Under the pieces are notes generated by a model that was not told the origin of the DNA, did no database searches, and saw only the letters and a list, made by a program, of their open reading frames with translations. Position numbers and translations under genes: made by a program. DNA of 63,911 nt, counting the filler. It is 8 parts of 8 records of this genome, joined end to end, with 100 filler letters (N's around TTAATTAATTAA, not from the genome) between each part and the next. Parts side by side here need not be neighbours in the genome. Positions count along the whole stretch, not along the records: positions 18,575 to 34,360 come from SRR31156797_11350; 7 more parts are not named here. One strand, given 5' to 3'. Numbering within the stretch: the stretch's first letter is position 1; the number at the start of each line of letters is the position of its first letter. Positions 21,477-31,345 of the stretch are shown here, in pieces.

Positions 21477-21589
21477 GATAAGTCCTTCTTAATTCTCAAC
21501 ATCTATTGGAATTAATCCTAGCACATAAGTTTTTGTTTTCTTACATACAAAAAGTGAGGTTTTAAACCTCACTTTTCATCACTTCGTAT

Positions 21590-23710
21590 TTAGTAAAACG
21601 TCTGTTCCAATCCAGCTCGGGTCAATAAGCCATCGCAAGGAGCAAATCGGTCGCCATACTTTTCAGCGTGCTGATTCATCATCTCCACCAGTTTAGCCAA
21701 ACCAATTTGGTCCATGTAGCGGAACGGACCACCTAAAAATGGCGGGAAACCGATACCGAAGATTGCGCCAATATCACCATCTCGTGGACTGCGAATAATA
21801 CCTTCATCCAAACAGCGCACCGCTTCATTTAGCATTGGCAACAAACAGCGCAGAGCAATATCACGATGGCTTAACTTTGCTTCTGGGGTCAGATTCAGCA
21901 GTTTGTACACCGATTTATCGACTTCTTTCTTTTTACTTCCTTTATAAGAGTAAAAACCTTTACCCGCCTTACGCCCTTTCCGGCCATCGTTCAGCAGCAA
22001 GTCAAACACCTCTGGTCCTTTAAATCTCGGCCCCAGCTCATTGACCAGTATCGGCATAATCTTAGCGCCAATATCGATCCCAACCTCATCAAGCAAAGTG
22101 ATTGGGCCCACTGGGAATCCAAAATCTAATAGCGCTGTATCTAGCTGTTCGATGGGCTCTCCGGTCATTAAAACTTGCGCGGCTTCATTCATGTAAGGCG
22201 CTAAAATACGGTTAACAAAGAAGCCAGCTTTATCTTTAACGACGATGGGCGTTTTACCTTGCTTACGAGCTAAGTTAACCACTGTTGAGATAGCCTCATC
22301 ACTGGTAGTGTCATGCGGAATCACTTCCACTAGCGGCATTTTTTCGACTGGGCTGAAATAATGCAGGCCAATCACATTTTCCGGACGCGATGCTTTCGCC
22401 GCGATTTGATGGATCGGTAACGAAGACGTGTTGGTCGCGAAAATCGTGCTTGCTTTCGCATTCGCCTCAATATCCGCCACCATCGACTGTTTAAGATCCA
22501 AGTCTTCAAACACCGCTTCAACGACCACATCGACCTGATTGAAAGTGGTAAAATCCGTCCCTCCGGATAATTTCATCATCTGATTCTGAAGCTGTGCTTT
22601 GGTCAGGATGCGACGTTTGCGCTGTTTCTCAAACAAACCATAGTTGTACTTCAGAGCATTTAGCACACCATCGTTAGAAACGTCTTTCACTCGTACGGGT
22701 ACTTTGGCTTTAGAAACAGTCACATGGCTGATACCTGCGCCCATCAAGCCACCACCAAGCACGCCTACTCGCTCAACTTTGCTCGGATCTGCGTCGCTGC
22801 CATTTTCTTTCTTCATCTCTGTTGTCGCGAAGAAGATAGAACGCAAAGCTTTGGATTCAGAGGTCATCACCAGCTCGCCAAAGCGTTTTGCTTCAAGCTC
22901 CAAACCTGCTTTCATTCCTTTTTCCAGACCAGACTGAATCACTTCTAATATCGCAATCGCCGCTGGGTAGTTATCTCGGGTCTTTTGCTTGGTCTTTTTC
23001 GAGGCTTGGTCAAATATTACTTTTCGCCCAAGCGCAGTACGCGACATCAAAAATTCTTTTGTTGTCGGTTTTTTCTTGCCTTTCTTCTTACTCTTTTCGG
23101 TAGCAAATTTCTTCGCAACATCCAGTAGTACACTGTTTGGCACGCACGCATCCACCACGCCGAGCTTCTTCGCTTTAGCCGCTCGTAACTGTTTACCTGT
23201 CAATATCAAATCAAGGGAAGGTAGCAACCCAATCAAACGAGGTAAACGTTGTGTCCCGCCAGAACCGGGTAGCAAACCCAACATCACTTCAGGTAAACCT
23301 AAACGGGTTTTATCATCATCACTACAAACACGATAATCACACGCTAATGCCAGCTCTAAACCACCGCCTAAACAAGGACCATGAATCGCTGAAACCACAG
23401 GAAACGGTAAGTCAGACAGCTGCTGAAACATTTGCTGCCCTTTCGTAGCCAGCTGTTGCGCCTCTTCAGCCGAAGTACAAGCTTCAAGCATGCGTACATC
23501 AGCCCCTGCGATAAAGTTATCCGGTTTTAGCGAATGAACAATCATGCCTTTAATTGTTGATTTTTTTTGATTCAACTCGTCAAACACTTGCTGCATGTCA
23601 TCAACAAACGCCGACTGCAAAGTGTTCATCTTCTCACCAGGGACATCAATTGCCAGCCAAGCAATGTTTTGTTCATCAACCTTTAGCTGAAAAGCTTTAG
23701 CTTCACTCAT
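21590..23710 (-). CDS. fadJ: Fatty acid oxidation complex subunit alpha
   Basis: Enoyl-CoA hydratase ([10 protein letters not shown]) plus 3-hydroxyacyl-CoA dehydrogenase ([22 protein letters not shown]); coupled to fadI. Confidence 0.96.
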   Translation of the reverse strand: MSEAKAFQLKVDEQNIAWLAIDVPGEKMNTLQSAFVDDMQQVFDELNQKKSTIKGMIVHSLKPDNFIAGADVRMLEACTSAEEAQQLATKGQQMFQQLSDLPFPVVSAIHGPCLGGGLELALACDYRVCSDDDKTRLGLPEVMLGLLPGSGGTQRLPRLIGLLPSLDLILTGKQLRAAKAKKLGVVDACVPNSVLLDVAKKFATEKSKKKGKKKPTTKEFLMSRTALGRKVIFDQASKKTKQKTRDNYPAAIAILEVIQSGLEKGMKAGLELEAKRFGELVMTSESKALRSIFFATTEMKKENGSDADPSKVERVGVLGGGLMGAGISHVTVSKAKVPVRVKDVSNDGVLNALKYNYGLFEKQRKRRILTKAQLQNQMMKLSGGTDFTTFNQVDVVVEAVFEDLDLKQSMVADIEANAKASTIFATNTSSLPIHQIAAKASRPENVIGLHYFSPVEKMPLVEVIPHDTTSDEAISTVVNLARKQGKTPIVVKDKAGFFVNRILAPYMNEAAQVLMTGEPIEQLDTALLDFGFPVGPITLLDEVGIDIGAKIMPILVNELGPRFKGPEVFDLLLNDGRKGRKAGKGFYSYKGSKKKEVDKSVYKLLNLTPEAKLSHRDIALRCLLPMLNEAVRCLDEGIIRSPRDGDIGAIFGIGFPPFLGGPFRYMDQIGLAKLVEMMNQHAEKYGDRFAPCDGLLTRAGLEQTFY

Positions 23711-25017
23711 TACTCAACCTCCAAAATCATCGCTGCACCAAGGCCACCAGCTGCACACGCGGTATTTAAAGCGAGCCCGCCGCCGCGACGCTTAAGCTCA
23801 CGCAGTGTTTGGGTAATCATCCGAGCCCCAGTCGCTGCAAATGGGTGACCATAGGCAATGGAACCACCAAGGACATTGAACTTATCCATATCGACTTCGC
23901 CAATCGCCTTATCTCGGCCCAAGACTTGTTGCGCGTACTGCTTGCTGGAAAACATTTTCAAATTCGCTAGTGTTTGTGCAGCGAAGGCTTCGTGCATATC
24001 AATCAGAGTTAAATCCGCAAGAGTGATTCCTGCTCTATCCAAAGCTAACGGTGTCGAGTGCGAAGGCCCCATCAACATATCTTTTTCGACGCCGATGGCA
24101 GAAAATGCGTACGAGCGGATATAGCCCATAATCTCTAAACCAAGTTCTTTCGCTCGACCTTCACGCATCAACATGATGGCTGCCGCACCATCGGTTAACG
24201 GCGTACTGTTTGCCGCCGTTACAGAACCGTATTGACGGTCAAACGCCGGACGTAATTTTGCATAGCCTTCTAGCGTGGAGTCATGACGAATATTGTTATC
24301 TTGCTCGATCCACTTTTTATAAGGTTCAGGGAAAGCCGTCATCACTTCGTCTTGGATCTTACCTTCCTGCCAAGCTTTTGAAGCGTATGAATGGGAACGA
24401 TGAGCCAACGCGTCTTGCTCTTCTCTGGAGATACCATGACTTTTCGCCATCTGCTCAGCTGTTTGCCCCATAGACAAGCCTGTAGAGTATTCTGCTACTG
24501 CGGGCGGCACTGGCATCAGATCTTTCATCGACAAGTTTTTTAATATTTTGAGTTTCTGTGCCAATGTTTTGGTTTTGCTTAATGCCAGTAAATTAGACGC
24601 TAAGTTTCTCGTCACACCAATGGGTAAAACCGAAGAGGAATCTGCTCCGCCAGCAATACCGACATCAATCGTGCCCGCCATAATACTTTCTGCAACATTA
24701 ACCGCAGACTGAAAACTGGTTGCACAAGCACGAGTCACACTGTAGGCATCAGTGTTAATGTCCATGCCCGTTCCCAATACAATCTCGCGTGCAATATTTG
24801 GCGCTGCTGGCATCTGAATAACCTGACCAAAAACCACTTGTTCAATCAATTTCGGATCAATTTCAGTACGAGCAAGCAGCTCGCTTACCACCATTTTACC
24901 TAAATCAACAGCCGGAACCTGACTGAACTCGGTGCTTTGGCGCGCGAAAGGAGTGCGGAGCCCAGCTACGATAGCCACACGTTCCCCAGAACGTGTTTTG
25001 ACTTCCTGTTTACCCAT
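23710..25017 (-). CDS. fadI: 3-ketoacyl-CoA thiolase
   Basis: [38 protein letters not shown]. Confidence 0.96.
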   Translation of the reverse strand: MGKQEVKTRSGERVAIVAGLRTPFARQSTEFSQVPAVDLGKMVVSELLARTEIDPKLIEQVVFGQVIQMPAAPNIAREIVLGTGMDINTDAYSVTRACATSFQSAVNVAESIMAGTIDVGIAGGADSSSVLPIGVTRNLASNLLALSKTKTLAQKLKILKNLSMKDLMPVPPAVAEYSTGLSMGQTAEQMAKSHGISREEQDALAHRSHSYASKAWQEGKIQDEVMTAFPEPYKKWIEQDNNIRHDSTLEGYAKLRPAFDRQYGSVTAANSTPLTDGAAAIMLMREGRAKELGLEIMGYIRSYAFSAIGVEKDMLMGPSHSTPLALDRAGITLADLTLIDMHEAFAAQTLANLKMFSSKQYAQQVLGRDKAIGEVDMDKFNVLGGSIAYGHPFAATGARMITQTLRELKRRGGGLALNTACAAGGLGAAMILEVE

Positions 25018-25033
25018 TATTTCTCCTTAACTT

Positions 25034-25050
25034 AAGAGGTCTGACCTGAT
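25034..25050. promoter_or_regulatory. FadR operator upstream of fadI
   Basis: AAGAGGTCTGACCTGAT matches the FadR GGTCnGACC palindrome, 16 nt from the fadI start. Confidence 0.8.
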
Positions 25051-25332
25051 CATTGTAACGAGATTGTTAACACATTCAAACTAGTGTTTACATTCAAACT
25101 CTTAATTATGTGATCAAAAGTCACAAGCAAGGCGACCTTTACTGAGACAAAGCCAACAATTTTTTGTTGCGACTTCGCCTGTAAACCCTATGTCAGTCGC
25201 ATAAAAAGGCGATCGGGGTGATTTTAAACACAACAAATTTTTACAAACGATAGAATGACAAACGCTATGCTTTAAGCATCATTCATGCTTTTTAATATGA
25301 GGGATGAGAAACAACCGAGCCGAATTATAAGC

Positions 25333-25493
25333 AAAAAAAAACCACACAGAACTGTGTGGTCGGAATATAGTAAAACAATTAACTTACGCCAATTGAAAAT
25401 AATCAGTTTCCTGATTAGGAGAAAGTAAAGTCAGCCTTCAAAAGGAAGTGTCATCTTGCTCAACATGTTAGCCACAAGGACTAACTAGATGAC
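25333..25493 (-). ncRNA. Putative 161-nt trans-acting sRNA with FNR-type class II promoter
   Basis: 5' hairpin GTCATCT..AGATGAC, single-stranded ACTTCCTTTTGAA, strong terminator ACCACACAG-TT-CTGTGTGG followed by a U9 run; no convincing ORF. Confidence 0.75.
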
Positions 25494-25500
25494 AGGAGTT

Positions 25501-25541
25501 ACTATAACCTCTCCAGCGCAACAAATTTTGAAATAGATCAA
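25501..25541 (-). promoter_or_regulatory. FNR box at -41.5 and -10 element for the sRNA
   Basis: TTGATctatTTCAA (25541-25528) and TATAGT (25506-25501). Confidence 0.7.
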
Positions 25542-25626
25542 TTTTAATGTGATTTATCGCCATGATCAGAAATTAACTTTATAAAAAGCAGTTTTAAAAC
25601 TGAATTTTTATAACTGTAAACACTTA

Positions 25627-26226
25627 TTGGATTACACACTACAGAGCCATTTGGAGACTCGAGTGTCATTATTAAAAATATTCGGAAAGAAATCTGAACA
25701 CCATCCGGTCAATAAAAGTATGGACAGACAAAGAAAATATGAAGCGCTTGTACGCGCTTATCATAAAGATCTATACCGTTATGCTTTCTGGTTGTGTAAA
25801 GATCAAAGCATTGCGGAAGATTTGGTGCAAGAAACCTGCTTACGGGCGTGGAAGTCATTAGAGAGTCTGCACGATGAGAACGCAGCGAAATCATGGCTTA
25901 TCACCATTCTGCGTAGAGAAAATGCTCGACGCTTTGAACGTAAGCAATTTGACTTGGTTGATATTGAAACTCACAGCAATGAAGTGAAATTCAGTGACGA
26001 TGCGCATCATCAAAGAGAATGGCTTCAAGCTCAAATTATGAAGTTAGAAGAAGAGTATCGCGAACCACTTTTTCTACAAGTCATTGGTGGCTTTAGTGGA
26101 GAAGAGATTAGCGATATTCTCGATCTGAATAAAAACACGGTCATGACTCGTCTCTTTAGAGCGCGTAATCAACTTAAAGATATGTTGGATTCTTCCGAAA
26201 ACATGAGAGGGCAGCAAAATGGATGA
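25627..26226 (+). CDS. ECF sigma-70 factor (true start probably GTG 25662 or ATG 25720)
   Basis: LYRYAFWL..AEDLVQETCLRAW..KSWLITI; region 4 NTVMTRLFRARNQL. Confidence 0.92.
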   Translation: MDYTLQSHLETRVSLLKIFGKKSEHHPVNKSMDRQRKYEALVRAYHKDLYRYAFWLCKDQSIAEDLVQETCLRAWKSLESLHDENAAKSWLITILRRENARRFERKQFDLVDIETHSNEVKFSDDAHHQREWLQAQIMKLEEEYREPLFLQVIGGFSGEEISDILDLNKNTVMTRLFRARNQLKDMLDSSENMRGQQNG

Positions 26227-26944
26227 TTTAGAATTTCGCCGCCAAGTTATGTCGGATCCGAAGCAGAAAAGCAATGAACTTGCGGAATCACTGGCTTCAA
26301 GCGACGCAAACAAGAAATTCTTAGATGATATTCTAGCCTTGGACGCAAAAATTGCAGACGCAATGAATGTCGATGTTCCCGATGGGCTAGCTGATCGAAT
26401 TTTGTTTAAGCAAAGTTCGGATGCTGACAATGTCACTGATATTTCATTTGCCCGCAAAGCGATGGCGATGGCTGCATCCGTGGCTTTTGTGATTGGTTTA
26501 ATTGTCGGTCAGGTAAACTGGGGCAACTTACTGGTGCCACCAGCCCAAGCCAGCCTTGCTGATATCGCGATAACCCATGTCATTAACGAAAAAGCGTTTG
26601 TTGATAATCTTGATGAACAAGTGAGTTCACAACAAATCAACGCCAAGATGGTGCCGTTTTCTTATAAGCTGACCGAAAACTTCCCATACCATGTTTACTA
26701 CTTAAATCACTGTGGCTTTGGAAAATCCGATGCGGTGCACATGGTGTTTCAAGGTGAAAGTGGAAAAGTCACCCTGTTCCTCACCGGAATGACAGCGGAG
26801 GCGAGTGCAAACTTCACAAAAGATGGCATGAGCGGCAAGGTTGAATCGATTGGAAACAAGACTCTAATTCTTGTCGGTGATGACAATGAGGATATCAATA
26901 AGATTGCTAACAACCTAATGAATATCTTATCCCCAGCCAAATAA
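26219..26944 (+). CDS. DUF3379-like putative anti-sigma membrane protein
   Basis: MDDLEFRR start, VDVPDGLADRILFKQ, single TM (AMAASVAFVIGL); overlaps the sigma gene. Confidence 0.8.
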   Translation: MDDLEFRRQVMSDPKQKSNELAESLASSDANKKFLDDILALDAKIADAMNVDVPDGLADRILFKQSSDADNVTDISFARKAMAMAASVAFVIGLIVGQVNWGNLLVPPAQASLADIAITHVINEKAFVDNLDEQVSSQQINAKMVPFSYKLTENFPYHVYYLNHCGFGKSDAVHMVFQGESGKVTLFLTGMTAEASANFTKDGMSGKVESIGNKTLILVGDDNEDINKIANNLMNILSPAK

Positions 26945-27188
26945 CCAACACAACCATCAATAAGCCCACGTTATTTGTGGGCTTTAGCTCGCAAAAGTAG
27001 AGTTAAAGCTCTAATAAATCCTCATTTCTTACAATTTCATGTCAGTTAACTACCATTTCTAGAATTTTCCCATCAAATTAGACAATGGTCGGATTTCTAT
27101 CGAGTAGACTTGAGACTAGTATCAGCCACCAACTGAGCAATTGCTCAAAAAAGCCCACTAGAGGCTAGATAAATAAAAGGAAAATCTA

Positions 27189-28478
27189 ATGAACAAGACG
27201 CGTCTGTTTAAAAGATCACTATTAGCAGTGACAGTAACACTAGCTACGCAGCAAGCAATGGCTGCTGGCTTCCAGCTCAACGCTCAATCAGCAACCGGCC
27301 TTGGCCGTGCATTTGCTGGTGATGCTGTAATCGCAGATAACGCTTCAGTAATGGCGCGTAACCCTGCGGCAATGGCGTTATTTGACAAAACTGAGCTTTC
27401 TCTTGGTTTTGAATCAATCACAACAATGATTGACGTTAAAGATGCTACATACACTTCAGGAGCATACAGCTCTGGTACAGTATTGGGTGCGACTCAATCT
27501 AATGCAGACTTTGACGATGCTGGTAGCACTTCAATTGCACCAAACATCCACCTGATTGTCCCTGTAAATGAAAAATTTGCTTGGGGTGTTGATGCATATA
27601 CTAACTTCGGTACTAGAACAGAGTTCTCTGACACATACGCTGCTACAGAGTACGGCGGTGTTACTGATGTTAAGAGCTTTAACTTTGGTTTAGCAGGTTC
27701 ATACCGTGTTAACGATCAACTAAGTTTTGGTGCAGGCTTAGACCTTATCTACGGTCAAGGTACAATGAAGCGTGCAGTTCCAGGTTCAACAAGCACTAAC
27801 TTGCTAAACGTAGATAAAGCTGACGGCTGGGCTGTGGGTTTTAACCTAGGTACTGTTTACGAATTAGACGAAAATAACCGCTTCGGTTTTGGCTACCACT
27901 ACAGCCCTGAGTTCAAAGCAAAAGATGACTATGGCCAAGAAATTACCTTGCCATTACCTGATATCGCTGAATTCTCTGGTTTCCACAAAATCGAAAATAC
28001 GTCTTTTGCTGTACACTACAGCGTTCAGTGGATCGGTTGGAGTGCATTTGACCAAATCGATTTCAACAACCTAGACTCAAGTCAATCAGCACTTGCAGCA
28101 AGCTCAACTAGCTACTCCAAGAACTATGAATGGCAAGACGGATGGCACTACTCTATCGGTGGTACATATTACCTAAATAGCGATTGGACACTACGCGCGG
28201 GTTATATGTATGACACTAGTGCACAAGATTCAACGACTTCAATCTCTGTTCCAGATTCAGACCGTCAATGGTTCTCTGCTGGATTTACGTATCATATTGA
28301 CCAAGAGTCAAATATTGACTTCGGTTTCACATACCTATTAGGTCAGGATACAGAAGTATCTGAAGAGCTAGTATTACCATCATCGAGCAGTCCAACAGGT
28401 TACGCTTATACTTCTGTTACTGGTACGACTCACGCAGATGCTATCTTGATGGGCTTACAATACAGCCGTTCTTTCTAA
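27189..28478 (+). CDS. fadL: FadL/OMPP1 long-chain fatty acid outer-membrane transporter (paralog 1)
   Basis: AGFQLNAQSATGLGRAFAG, NPA, SVPDSDRQW, C-terminal Phe. Confidence 0.93.
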   Translation: MNKTRLFKRSLLAVTVTLATQQAMAAGFQLNAQSATGLGRAFAGDAVIADNASVMARNPAAMALFDKTELSLGFESITTMIDVKDATYTSGAYSSGTVLGATQSNADFDDAGSTSIAPNIHLIVPVNEKFAWGVDAYTNFGTRTEFSDTYAATEYGGVTDVKSFNFGLAGSYRVNDQLSFGAGLDLIYGQGTMKRAVPGSTSTNLLNVDKADGWAVGFNLGTVYELDENNRFGFGYHYSPEFKAKDDYGQEITLPLPDIAEFSGFHKIENTSFAVHYSVQWIGWSAFDQIDFNNLDSSQSALAASSTSYSKNYEWQDGWHYSIGGTYYLNSDWTLRAGYMYDTSAQDSTTSISVPDSDRQWFSAGFTYHIDQESNIDFGFTYLLGQDTEVSEELVLPSSSSPTGYAYTSVTGTTHADAILMGLQYSRSF

Positions 28479-28508
28479 GCTAAGATTAGAAAACGAACAA
28501 CTGCTAAT

Positions 28509-28532
28509 GGGCTGGTTTACCAGCCCTTTTTT
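28509..28532 (+). terminator. Intrinsic terminator after the first fadL
   Basis: GGGCTGGT-TT-ACCAGCCC followed by a T run. Confidence 0.75.
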
Positions 28533-28778
28533 ATACCCCAAAGTTCAATCGCTTGCTATTTTAAGCGCACACCTGTGCCCTTAAAGCCTCCCTGCGCCCT
28601 ACATCTGTACGCTGAAAATTATTTCTCAGCCAGCCACAACCAGACATTTAATCTAGTAAAATAAAAGTAACAACATTTCATTCTGAAAACTGTCGGTTTA
28701 TGCGTTTTCATTTTTAAAGTAATTACTCCAATTTTAGAATTTCCAGTCTTTATGAAAATGAATTCAGCGAACATTACA

Positions 28779-30083
28779 ATGAAAACCAATAAGACCTTTT
28801 TAACTCTCGCAGTGGCTGCTAGCTTGGCTAGCTATACAACTACAACTCAAGCGGCTGGCTTCCAGCTTGCTGAATACTCAGCTACCGGTTTAGGCCGCGC
28901 GTATGCCGGCGAAGCTGCAATGGCGGATAACGCCAGCGCACAATGGCGTAACCTAGCAATGCTGACTTACCTTAAGGGTACGCAAGTATCAACAGGGGCT
29001 ATCTATGTTAACCCGAATGTTGATGTAGAAGGCGACGTAGATTTTTATGGTAATGATATTCACACTAAATCTAGCGACTATGCTAATGACGCAATTGTTC
29101 CTAACTTTTATCTATCGCATCAAATTAATGACGAGCTAACGGCTGGTTTCGCTGCAAGTACTAACTATGGTATGGAAACACAGCTATCTTCTGATTTTGC
29201 AGCAAGTCATTTTGGTAATGAAGCGATGGTAAAAACTATTGAGCTCAATACTAATCTTGGCTACCAACTCAACGAAGAGTTAAGCATCGGTGGTGGCATC
29301 CGCTATGTCATCGGTGAGGGTCACTTCGGAGCAACTGCTGCTAGTAATAACTATGTATCGACAACACCCCTAACTTCAGTAGCTCAAGGTACTACCTTAA
29401 AATATATGGAAGGTGAAGATACTGCTTGGGGTTGGCAGGCTGGTCTTGCGTGGCAGGTAAATCGTAATAACCGTGTTGGTTTTACATACAAGTCAGAAGT
29501 TGATTTAAAACTCACTGGTCACGCTGAAGGCATTGGGTTTGGCTTAAGCTCCGGCGCCACAGACAATGGTTACATGATGTTAACCTTACCTGCGACTGCA
29601 GAGTTGGCAAGCTACCACCAGCTTTCAGATAAACTGGCATTGCATGCAAGCATTAACTGGACTGACTGGAGCAGCTTTGAAAAGTTAGAAGCTGAACTAG
29701 ACACGCTAGGTACTGTGATGGTGAAAGAAGAAAACTGGGAAGATAACTACCGCTTCGCACTAGGGGCAACTTACCAGGTTCTACCAAAACTGGCCCTTCG
29801 TACGGGTATTGCCTATGACATGGGTGCTGTAAGTGACCAAAATCGTACTATCACCATTCCAGAAACAGACCGTACATGGTTAAGCATTGGTGCTGGTTAC
29901 GATGTTACTGACCAGTTTACTGTTGATGCAGGTTTTACTTACATCATTGCTAAAGACGCAAATATTACAGAATCACGCGGTTATGACTCTGACGACACCG
30001 CGGAAGCGGTTGGTGGACAATTCGTAGGTACAACATCAGGTAGCGTTTGGCTGCTGGGTGTACAGGCAAACTACCGCTTCTAA
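28779..30083 (+). CDS. fadL: FadL/OMPP1 family transporter (paralog 2)
   Basis: AGFQLAEYSATGLGRAYAG, TIPETDRTW, C-terminal YRF; start may be 28752-28779. Confidence 0.9.
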   Translation: MKTNKTFLTLAVAASLASYTTTTQAAGFQLAEYSATGLGRAYAGEAAMADNASAQWRNLAMLTYLKGTQVSTGAIYVNPNVDVEGDVDFYGNDIHTKSSDYANDAIVPNFYLSHQINDELTAGFAASTNYGMETQLSSDFAASHFGNEAMVKTIELNTNLGYQLNEELSIGGGIRYVIGEGHFGATAASNNYVSTTPLTSVAQGTTLKYMEGEDTAWGWQAGLAWQVNRNNRVGFTYKSEVDLKLTGHAEGIGFGLSSGATDNGYMMLTLPATAELASYHQLSDKLALHASINWTDWSSFEKLEAELDTLGTVMVKEENWEDNYRFALGATYQVLPKLALRTGIAYDMGAVSDQNRTITIPETDRTWLSIGAGYDVTDQFTVDAGFTYIIAKDANITESRGYDSDDTAEAVGGQFVGTTSGSVWLLGVQANYRF

Positions 30084-30109
30084 GCAAATTAACAACCCTA
30101 AGGCCAGTG

Positions 30110-30577
30110 TTAACACTGGCCTTGTTTACTCAGAGACGTTAAAAACTGCTCAGATGCTGATTCAATTAAATCCAGAACCAACTCAAACCCTCGTTCTCCA
30201 CCATAGTATGGGTCTGGAATTTCTTCGTAATTTGAATCACTGTGACTCAAAAACAACGAAACTTTATGCTGCAGACGTTTGGGGCAACGCAACATAAGAT
30301 CGTCTAAGTTGGCATTATCTGCAGCCAATATGTAGTCAAAATCCTCAAAGTCATTATCAGTGACTTTACGGGCAAACATGCCAGAAAAAGAATACCCTCT
30401 TTTCTCTCCAGCGGCTCTCGCCCTTTCGTCAGGTAATCCACCTTCGTGGTAACCAATAGTCCCAGCCGAATCAACCGTAACATCTAAACCTAGCTGCTCT
30501 GATTTTGCTTTCATCACCGCTTCACCGGTCGGCGAGCGGCATATATTGCCCATACACACTACTAAAATTTTTGTCAT
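30110..30577 (-). CDS. Low-molecular-weight protein-tyrosine phosphatase
   Basis: VCMGNICRSP P-loop and IPDPYYG; ATG at 30577 with AAGGA RBS. Confidence 0.95.
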   Translation of the reverse strand: MTKILVVCMGNICRSPTGEAVMKAKSEQLGLDVTVDSAGTIGYHEGGLPDERARAAGEKRGYSFSGMFARKVTDNDFEDFDYILAADNANLDDLMLRCPKRLQHKVSLFLSHSDSNYEEIPDPYYGGERGFELVLDLIESASEQFLTSLSKQGQC

Positions 30578-30660
30578 TTTAATTCCTTGCTTTCGGTCGG
30601 TGTTTGACTGCACGTTGATAAGTTATCATAGTCCAAGTTTGGTAAAAAAAAGGATTTGTC

Positions 30661-31266
30661 ATGTCTAACGATGATGTCAAAAATGAGCGTCATAAAGCTC
30701 GGCAACAAAAAGTAAAAGAAAAAGTCGATGCACGCGTCGCTGCAGCACAAGAAATAAAAGGCTTAATGTTGGTGATTACCGGAAACGGTAAAGGCAAATC
30801 AACCTCAGGATTCGGTACTATCGCCCGTGCCGTTGGCCACAATAAAAAATGTGCAGCCGCACAATTTATTAAAGGCACTTGGGATAACGGTGAGCGAAAC
30901 CTGCTAGAGAAACTAGGTGTAGAGTTTCAGGTGATGGCTACCGGCTTCACCTGGGATACGCAGAATAAAGAGAGCGACACTGCCGCGGCACAACTTGTAT
31001 GGCAAGAGTGTAAACGCATGCTGAAAGATGAAGCTATCGATGTCATCTTGTTCGATGAGCTCACCTATATGGTCAATTATGGGTATATTGACTTGGACGA
31101 AGTGGTCGAAGCATTACAACAACGACCTCACATGCAGTCAGTCATTATTACGGGGCGTGGGGCTCACCGCACATTGATTGAAATGGCCGATACTGTGTCT
31201 GAAGTGAAGAACACCAAGCACGCTTTTGAATCTGGTGTGAAAGCACTACAAGGTATCGACTGGTAA
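30661..31266 (+). CDS. cobO: Cob(I)yrinic acid a,c-diamide adenosyltransferase (BtuR/CobO)
   Basis: TGNGKGKST, QFIKG, TGFTW, FDEL, ITGR, KHAF..GIDW. Confidence 0.95.
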   Translation: MSNDDVKNERHKARQQKVKEKVDARVAAAQEIKGLMLVITGNGKGKSTSGFGTIARAVGHNKKCAAAQFIKGTWDNGERNLLEKLGVEFQVMATGFTWDTQNKESDTAAAQLVWQECKRMLKDEAIDVILFDELTYMVNYGYIDLDEVVEALQQRPHMQSVIITGRGAHRTLIEMADTVSEVKNTKHAFESGVKALQGIDW

Positions 31267-31345
31267 AACTCTAGTCGGTATAAAAAAGAAAGCGAGCGGG
31301 CATGATACCCACTCGCTTTCTAATTTGTTAGAAGAGAAATCCAGC

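Noticed and set aside
25109-25125. CRP-like site TGTGA-N7-TCACA upstream of fadI
   Set aside because: The spacer is 7 nt rather than the canonical 6, so it cannot be supported as a CRP site.
27189-30083. Tandem fadL paralogs as a novelty
   Set aside because: Tandem fadL genes next to fadIJ and the ECF sigma are, to my knowledge, ordinary conserved Vibrio synteny.
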